A stretch of 64,000 nucleotides of DNA. Origin: an uncultured Eubacteriales bacterium. Its GTDB lineage: Bacteria > Bacillota > Clostridia > Lachnospirales > Bianqueaceae. The notes beneath the pieces were generated by a model. That model was not told the DNA's origin. It ran no database searches and saw only the letters and a program-made list of their open reading frames with translations. The DNA is taken from the NCBI GenBank assembly GCA_900316145.1, contig ONBQ01000030.1:288-64287 (forward strand), given 5' to 3'. The translations under genes and the position numbers were made by a program. Shown here piece after piece: positions 57,863 through 64,000 of this stretch (positions within the stretch are counted from its first letter, which is position 1; every line of letters begins with the position of its first letter).

Positions 57863-60466
57863 ATGAGACGAAAATTAAGCGTACTGCTTGCCGTGCTGAT
57901 GCTGTTATCAGCAGTGACAGCCTTTGGCGCCAAGCCAATCGAGGCGGCAGAAAAAGCCCAAAAGACCAGGGCCATCGCCATTGTATATGACAATTCCGGT
58001 TCCATGTACTGGGACGGAATGAACCGTGGAGGCGGTAAATGGTGGTGCCAGGCCTTGTATGCAATGGAAGTCTTCGCATCCATGATGAATGAGGGAGACA
58101 GCATTTGGATCTATCCTATGTGGCCGGTTACGGCACAAGGTCAGAGCTATCCGCAAGGGTCGCCGATCCAGATCACAAATCCTAAGGACGCACCTATCAT
58201 CCGCGATATTGAAACACCGCAGGCCGGCAATACACCGATCCAGTCGATCGAATGGGCTTATGAAGGACTGAAGTCCATGACCGGTGATGAGAAGTGGCTG
58301 GTCGTTCTTACAGATGGGGCCAATTTCAATGCTCCGGATGGCCCGGCCTATGGCGAAGGGGATCCGACCAGACAAGCGTTGGAAGAATTGATACAGCCAT
58401 ACGTCAATGATGTAAACGTCCTGTATCTGGGTATCGGAGATGAAGCCTCCAAACCCAATATCTCACCCGGCAGTCAGTTCCAGGGCATGGCCGATAAGGC
58501 CGTTCGCAGTGAAGAGATCCTTTCCAAACTGACGAGCATGTGCAATATGATCTTCGGTCGAGATGAACTGCAGACGTCCGGCGGTACGGTCGAATTTGAT
58601 GTTTCTATGGCCCGCCTGATCGTTTTTGTACAGGGTGACAATGTTTCCAACGTGGACCTGGCTGGAGCGGGAACGCGCGGAGATGATCTCTCCCCGCGGT
58701 ACAGCGAGCACAAATCGACAAAAGACTCGCAAGGCTCCTTCGACGGCGGTATCGATGATACGCTGCAAGGCGTGATCACCAACTTCTATGACGCGCCGGC
58801 GGGTTCCTATACTTTAAGCTACTCAGGAAGCGTTACGAGTACAGGTGTATACTACGAGCCGGATGTTGACCTCGTCGCCCGTCTGGTAGATGCCAACGGC
58901 AATGATGTGACCAACAATCCGGAGCTTTCTCCTGGAGAGTATACGATCGAATATGGTCTTGTCGATGGACAGACCGGGGAAATGACAAGTTCCGATCTGC
59001 TGGGTAATACGCATTATGATGTGAATTATACCCTCAATGGGGAGACCTTCTCCCTTTCCACCGACGAAAAGCAGGGAACGATTCCGGTTTCCTTTGGAGA
59101 AGAGGATACTTTCAAGCTGGATGATATTACCGTTGAATACCTGAGCGGATATCGAATCCATAAATCCGGCGATGAACTGGGATGGCCGAGCGGAGGCGTC
59201 ACGATCCCGAAGCAGGGTCCTGATCCGGCTGGCGAGCTGGCCATCACCGTTTCCGGCGGGACGGATCACTATAACCTTTCCACACTGGAAGAGGAAGAGC
59301 CCTACACGCTGGAATTCACCTATGATGGGAATAAGATGAGCGCCGATCAGGTCGCTACGATCGAACTGGACATCCAGAGCCAGAATGCGGGCATCGCTTT
59401 TGAACCGGTGCTGGATGGAGATCACTATACCGTGACCGTCCACTACGCCGATGAAGCCCATCCGGAAAACACGGAGTGCGGTGATGTGGTCGCCCTGATC
59501 AAGGCTTCCTATACGGAGCCGGAGCATGAAACGGCGACAGCCAACGCGGCTATCAACTTCACCCTGGATAACGATGTGACCGGACTTGGCGCCAAACTCG
59601 AAATGGAGCATGAACGCTACACGCTCGCTGAGCTGGATGGATCACAGGCTATTCTGAACCTGACGATGGGCGGCGAACCGCTGACCGATCAGCAGATGGC
59701 TGACCTGAACGTGGAAGTCACAGTCGCGGATAAAAAAGGCCATACGATCCCTTATACAGTGGAGAAAGATCCGGCCGGATCCCGCGCGATCATCACATTC
59801 AGCAAAGAAAACGTCAAGACGGGCAATTATAAGATCGATGTGACAGCCACGACCAAGGATCAGATCGGTATGGATTCATCCGCATCGGCCTCGGCGAAAT
59901 TCCATGTCAGACGGTTCCCGCTTTGGCTCATCTTCACAGGAATCTTCGTGATCCTGGCCCTGCTTGCGGCCTTGGCCTGGTTCATCCTGAGCCGCAAGGT
60001 CCTGCCGAAGAGAGTCTTCGTCAGAAACACGATCTATTCCGTAGATGGAGAAGAGGTCCCGGGTGATCCGCAGGTCAACTTCAAAGGCGCCAGACAGAAA
60101 ACAGGTACCATCCAGATCACGGTCCCGCGCTCAGCCGCGCATCCTATGGCCAGAGCACACTTTACACTGCATGTGGAAGCAGCGGATACGCGCTTCAAGG
60201 TCCTGAAGAAAGCACTGACGGGTAAAGGCAGCCTGACGGCGATCTGCACCGGAATAGATTCCCACCTCAACGTTAAACGTGTTATGGTTTCCGGAACGGC
60301 GGTCAACTGGGATGAAGAGACCCATCGTCAGATCCTTCCGCCGGGTGAGGATCATCTGGCACCGTTCCGTATCGGAACCGATGACTCCGCTTCCATGAAT
60401 GCTGAAGCAATGGATGAAAATGGCTATGTCGACATGAACATGACGACAAACTTTAATTTCAGATAA
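57863..60466 (+). CDS. Secreted type-I membrane protein with an N-terminal VWA (MIDAS) domain, a long extracellular region, one TM and a cytoplasmic tail
   Basis: ATG at 57863 (MRRKLSVLLAVLMLLSAVTAFGA signal peptide); the track start at 57668 sits inside the promoter. MIDAS DNSGS at 57989-58003, GNTP, VVLTDG. TM FPLWLIFTGIFVILALLAALAWFILS at 59915-59992, followed by RK and 157 aa. Confidence 0.8.
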   Translation: MRRKLSVLLAVLMLLSAVTAFGAKPIEAAEKAQKTRAIAIVYDNSGSMYWDGMNRGGGKWWCQALYAMEVFASMMNEGDSIWIYPMWPVTAQGQSYPQGSPIQITNPKDAPIIRDIETPQAGNTPIQSIEWAYEGLKSMTGDEKWLVVLTDGANFNAPDGPAYGEGDPTRQALEELIQPYVNDVNVLYLGIGDEASKPNISPGSQFQGMADKAVRSEEILSKLTSMCNMIFGRDELQTSGGTVEFDVSMARLIVFVQGDNVSNVDLAGAGTRGDDLSPRYSEHKSTKDSQGSFDGGIDDTLQGVITNFYDAPAGSYTLSYSGSVTSTGVYYEPDVDLVARLVDANGNDVTNNPELSPGEYTIEYGLVDGQTGEMTSSDLLGNTHYDVNYTLNGETFSLSTDEKQGTIPVSFGEEDTFKLDDITVEYLSGYRIHKSGDELGWPSGGVTIPKQGPDPAGELAITVSGGTDHYNLSTLEEEEPYTLEFTYDGNKMSADQVATIELDIQSQNAGIAFEPVLDGDHYTVTVHYADEAHPENTECGDVVALIKASYTEPEHETATANAAINFTLDNDVTGLGAKLEMEHERYTLAELDGSQAILNLTMGGEPLTDQQMADLNVEVTVADKKGHTIPYTVEKDPAGSRAIITFSKENVKTGNYKIDVTATTKDQIGMDSSASASAKFHVRRFPLWLIFTGIFVILALLAALAWFILSRKVLPKRVFVRNTIYSVDGEEVPGDPQVNFKGARQKTGTIQITVPRSAAHPMARAHFTLHVEAADTRFKVLKKALTGKGSLTAICTGIDSHLNVKRVMVSGTAVNWDEETHRQILPPGEDHLAPFRIGTDDSASMNAEAMDENGYVDMNMTTNFNFR

Positions 60467-60502
60467 TAAACCAATCATGAATCAACATGAAGGAGGAAAA
60501 CA

Positions 60503-63500
60503 ATGAGAAACGAAAACCTGAAACCCAATACCGTAGACGCTCCTACCTTGTTCGTCGGCGTCGGCGGTACCGGCAGTGACATCGTCCGCATGGTAGCGGA
60601 GATGTGTGATCCGGCGGAAGTAGAGAACATCAGCTTCGTCTGCCTGGACACCAACGTCAATGACCTGTCCAATGTCGAGAACAGCGGCGCCAAGATCTAC
60701 GCGGTACAGACTTCTACCACGCAGACCGTCGGTGACTATCTGGACTATGATGAGGACGCGTTAAAGAACTGGTTCCCGAAGAACGCGGTCATGTATGATA
60801 AGACCGTTTCCGAAGGCGCCGGCCAGGTCCGCGCGATCTCCCGTCTGGCCCTGAACTCCACCATCAAGACCGGCAAGATCGCTCCTCTGTATGACGCGAT
60901 CGACAACCTGTTCCGTAAGGACGGCCGCAAGCTGAAGCAGGCCATGCGTGTCGCTATCGTTTCCACCGCCTCCGGTGGTACCGGTTCCGGTATCATTCTG
61001 CCGCTGGCCATGTTCATCCGTGATTACATCAAGAATAAGTATCCGCAGACCGGTACGATCGTTCGTTCCATGATCCTTCTGCCGGAGACCCTGGATTCCG
61101 TCATCACCTCTTCTGTAGAGCGTGACAGCCAGCGCCGCAATGCTTACGCGACCATCAAGGAGATCAACGCTTTCATGATGAAAGGCTCGGGCTTCTGCGA
61201 TATCGATGGTGATTTCAGCCGCTACAGAGATCTGCATGTGGATATTCCGATCGCGGGCACCAATGATAAAAAATCTCTGTCTCTGCTGCCGTTCGATTTC
61301 TGCTTCCTGCTGGATGGCCAGAACTCCGAAGACAACACCCTGGTCAACTTCGGCCAGTACAAGAGACAGGCTGCCCAGGCTCTGTATGAGCAGAACATCG
61401 GACCGATGCAGAAGGGCGCCTTCTCCGTAGAAGACAATATTATCAAGGAAATGTCCAACCCCGGCAATCTGGGACGTAACCGTTTCGGTGGTATCGGCGC
61501 GGGCGTTCTGCGCTATCCGTACAAGCAGATCGCGGAATACATCGCCTATGGCTGGGCTATGGAGTCCATCGGCGGAGCCGGTGAGGCCGCAAAATGGTCC
61601 AAGTATGATAACGAATTTGAAGTAAAACTGGCTGAGGCCCGCAAGAAGGGACTTTCTCAGGAAGAGGCTCCGAAGCGCGCGGAAGTCTACACGCAGACCC
61701 TGCAGTCCGCGACCGACAACTTCTCCAAGGATCTTCGCTCCAAGTTCCTGAACAACGCCGACAAGCGTGTCCGCAACTACTTCACCTCTCTGGCCAACTA
61801 CATGCATGACAGTGTACGAGCCAACAGCATGATCTCCGCCACCATGACCGCTGCCGGCCATCTGGAGAACAAGATCGATTACGCGAACAATGAAAACAAC
61901 CGTGGCCATGCGGTAGAAAACCTGGCCCGCCTGCGTGATTTCGAAGCGGCTGTCAACATGAACGCCAAGAAGGTCGCGGAAAGCATCGCCGAAGCGGTCT
62001 TCATGAATGAAGATAAGACCATCAACGCCAAGCTGCCGCACACCCTGGAGTTCCTGCTGAAGAACTCTTATGGTGAAGTCAGCCATCCGAACGCGGCCCG
62101 CTTCATGCTGTATCAGGCTCAGACTGAGATCAACAAGCGCGTCCTGACCACGCAGTCCCGTCTGGGACAGGCCCAGGAGACCCTGGAACTGTACTCCGAC
62201 GATGCCAGCAATGAGAACATGTTCGATGTCGGCAAGACCAAGAAAGAAAAAGAAGAGAACATGGATCAGATGGTCGCCGCTGAAGCCAACTTCAAAGAGA
62301 AGTACAACGAGGATTACTATGAGAGCAAGCTGAACAAGCACTTCCCGGCTTACTTCCGCGCTGTCAAGGAATTCTGCGAACTGACTGCTGAACTCGAAGC
62401 CTACAAGATCGGTTCTGAGTACATCAAGGAACTGTCCAAGGCTTATGAGAAGTTCTATCAGACCTTTGGCGACAAGGTCGAGGCTCTTATGCGCAAGCGT
62501 GAGGATATCGTCGATGAGTTGAAGTTCGTCAAGGGCGACTCTGTCCTGAACATCTGCGCCAGCCGTGCCATGCTTGAAGAGCTGGCCCTGACCACGAAGA
62601 ACCAGAGTGCCGAAGGCTCTCTGCTTAGCTCCGAGCTGAACGCCAAGATCTTTGACGCGGTCAAAGCCAATGTCGCTTTCGAGCGCGAGATCCGCAACGC
62701 GGATATCGTTGAAGAAGATAAGCGCATCGATATCTTCGATGACATCATCCTTGGCTACTTCAAGGACAGCGTAGAAGATACCTGCGATACCATCAACCTG
62801 AACATCATCGAAGCCATCGCTATGGAGAACCGTCTGCAGGCCCGCATCAAGATGCGTGAGAAGCAGAAGGACAATGGCGAAGAGGGTGATAAGATCTTCG
62901 ATCAGGTCACCCATAAGGACAATGAGACCTACATCAAGAAGATCATCGATAAGGGCATGCGCCTGGCGGCTCCCGGCATCCAGAGCATCCGCAACGAGGA
63001 AGACCGCATGGTACAGTGCGCGGCCTACAACTCTTCTCTGAGAGATATGCGCAACTACCGCGTAGATGATCTGATCGAGGTCAGCAACAAGGCGGCCGTC
63101 GACAGCATCTCCCGTTATGAGCTGCATTTCTTCAACGCGCTGTACAACATCACTCCGGATAAGCTGAAGAAATTCGCCTGCCACAGTGAGAGCGAGACCG
63201 GCGTCAAGAACGCGGGACTGTATCACAACGCGTATATCTCCTATGCGCGCAACATCGGCCCGGATTCCACCAAGAACACCCAGATCTCCACGCATATCGA
63301 CAAGCGTTGGGATTCCCTGGCTACCATGCCGGAAATGGACTTCAAGTTCCAGAACGAGCAGATGATGAAGATCCATCAGGCGATGATCTATGGTCTGGTG
63401 CACAACGCCATCACCTTCCGCAAGCTTTCCGCGAGCGCCGGCAAGAAGCGCGTCTATCGGTATGAGAATTCCGATGAGCGTTACACCGAGCTGATCGTTT

Positions 63501-64000
63501 CCAACGGTACGCTTTGCGATGAGTTCTATGAGATCCTGGATTCTCTGTACATCAGCTCCTCCATCGTTGAGGATATCCAGAGAGTCAAGAATAAGAAGAA
63601 CGCGAAGGACCGTGTCCGCAACGCCAACTATGTCGATACCGTATTCTACAATGACCTGCAGAATTTCCAGATCGACACCCTACATGAAGGCCAGGCCAGC
63701 CTCTTCGAGATCCCGGTCGCGTACTACAATTCTTTGCCGAACAGCCGTCGTTTCGATGATGAGATCTCGGCGATCGTAGACGCTGTGGTCAAGACCTTTG
63801 AGGATGAGACTTACATGTGGGAGAAAGCAGAGGATGCCCGCTTCATCCTGTGCAACCAGCTGGTCGAACAGTTCAACCTGTTCCTGGACAACTTTGAGAA
63901 GTGCGAAGCTCTGAGAGCGAACCTGAGCGTACAGGATCATCCGGTCGTAGATATGATCTTCCGTAAGATCAAGAACGTTCTGGAAACCGATCCGGAACCC
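60503..64000 (+). CDS. Giant tubulin/FtsZ-superfamily GTPase-like protein (5' part; ORF still open at the window end)
   Basis: Not in the supplied track. AGGAGG RBS at 60491-60496, ATG at 60503, 1166 sense codons with no stop to nt 64000. GVGGTGS at 60557-60577, GAGQVR at 60815-60832, SGGTGSG at 60971-60991. Confidence 0.75.
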   Translation, partial: MRNENLKPNTVDAPTLFVGVGGTGSDIVRMVAEMCDPAEVENISFVCLDTNVNDLSNVENSGAKIYAVQTSTTQTVGDYLDYDEDALKNWFPKNAVMYDKTVSEGAGQVRAISRLALNSTIKTGKIAPLYDAIDNLFRKDGRKLKQAMRVAIVSTASGGTGSGIILPLAMFIRDYIKNKYPQTGTIVRSMILLPETLDSVITSSVERDSQRRNAYATIKEINAFMMKGSGFCDIDGDFSRYRDLHVDIPIAGTNDKKSLSLLPFDFCFLLDGQNSEDNTLVNFGQYKRQAAQALYEQNIGPMQKGAFSVEDNIIKEMSNPGNLGRNRFGGIGAGVLRYPYKQIAEYIAYGWAMESIGGAGEAAKWSKYDNEFEVKLAEARKKGLSQEEAPKRAEVYTQTLQSATDNFSKDLRSKFLNNADKRVRNYFTSLANYMHDSVRANSMISATMTAAGHLENKIDYANNENNRGHAVENLARLRDFEAAVNMNAKKVAESIAEAVFMNEDKTINAKLPHTLEFLLKNSYGEVSHPNAARFMLYQAQTEINKRVLTTQSRLGQAQETLELYSDDASNENMFDVGKTKKEKEENMDQMVAAEANFKEKYNEDYYESKLNKHFPAYFRAVKEFCELTAELEAYKIGSEYIKELSKAYEKFYQTFGDKVEALMRKREDIVDELKFVKGDSVLNICASRAMLEELALTTKNQSAEGSLLSSELNAKIFDAVKANVAFEREIRNADIVEEDKRIDIFDDIILGYFKDSVEDTCDTINLNIIEAIAMENRLQARIKMREKQKDNGEEGDKIFDQVTHKDNETYIKKIIDKGMRLAAPGIQSIRNEEDRMVQCAAYNSSLRDMRNYRVDDLIEVSNKAAVDSISRYELHFFNALYNITPDKLKKFACHSESETGVKNAGLYHNAYISYARNIGPDSTKNTQISTHIDKRWDSLATMPEMDFKFQNEQMMKIHQAMIYGLVHNAITFRKLSASAGKKRVYRYENSDERYTELIVSNGTLCDEFYEILDSLYISSSIVEDIQRVKNKKNAKDRVRNANYVDTVFYNDLQNFQIDTLHEGQASLFEIPVAYYNSLPNSRRFDDEISAIVDAVVKTFEDETYMWEKAEDARFILCNQLVEQFNLFLDNFEKCEALRANLSVQDHPVVDMIFRKIKNVLETDPEP

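Noticed and set aside
60761-63403. 880-aa minus-strand ORF, the longest single entry in the track for this region
   Set aside because: It is the antisense shadow of the plus-strand tubulin-like gene. It has no RBS, an aberrant D/L/V/H/Q/R-rich composition and no motifs. The plus frame has an AGGAGG RBS, native-like codon use and GTP-binding signatures.

Overview
This 64-kb window looks like chromosome from a moderately high-GC Firmicute. Gene content suggests a gut-type Clostridia; that taxon call is inference only. The window is almost fully coding, with about 58 credible CDS, 2 tRNAs, and no rRNA, CRISPR array, transposase or integrase. All calls rest on reading the translated ORFs and the DNA by eye; no searches were run.

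Features in map order:
- A minus-strand operon (155-6325): M28 peptidase, a YczE-like membrane protein, two MATE pumps, a HAD hydrolase and a rhomboid-like protein.
- A sortase-dependent, FCT-like pilus island (6632-11801) with a catalytically dead SipA-like signal peptidase, a class B sortase and VPTG/IPTN-type sorting signals.
- Three tandem GH29 alpha-L-fucosidases, then cysK, a tandem mutarotase-like protein, pdxK, a MATE pump and a GH2 enzyme.
- A CbiM(PDGLE)-CbiQ-CbiO ECF metal importer with a CsoR/RcnR-type regulator.
- An EF-G paralogue, a DUF4091 protein, csp and DegV.
- A D-aspartate-ligase-like ATP-grasp protein, an aspartate racemase and MurE (a peptidoglycan cross-bridge module).
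- A MocR regulator followed by a 4-gene operon: transaldolase-family protein, beta-hydroxyacid dehydrogenase, isomerase-like protein and a YihQ-like GH31. This resembles the sulfoquinovose transaldolase pathway.
- A TrmH methyltransferase, GtrA, and tRNA-Glu/tRNA-Cys.
- DUF1385 and a complete F1Fo atp operon whose c subunit carries a Na+-binding signature.
- hprK, a ROK kinase, murB, whiA, a crh-like gene and a galK-like gene.

The most interesting item is at the right end. A surface VWA/MIDAS type-I membrane protein (57863-60466) is followed 36 nt later by a giant tubulin/FtsZ-like GTPase ORF (60503 to beyond 64000, at least 1166 codons). The supplied ORF track does not list this ORF; it shows only an 880-aa antisense shadow of it.
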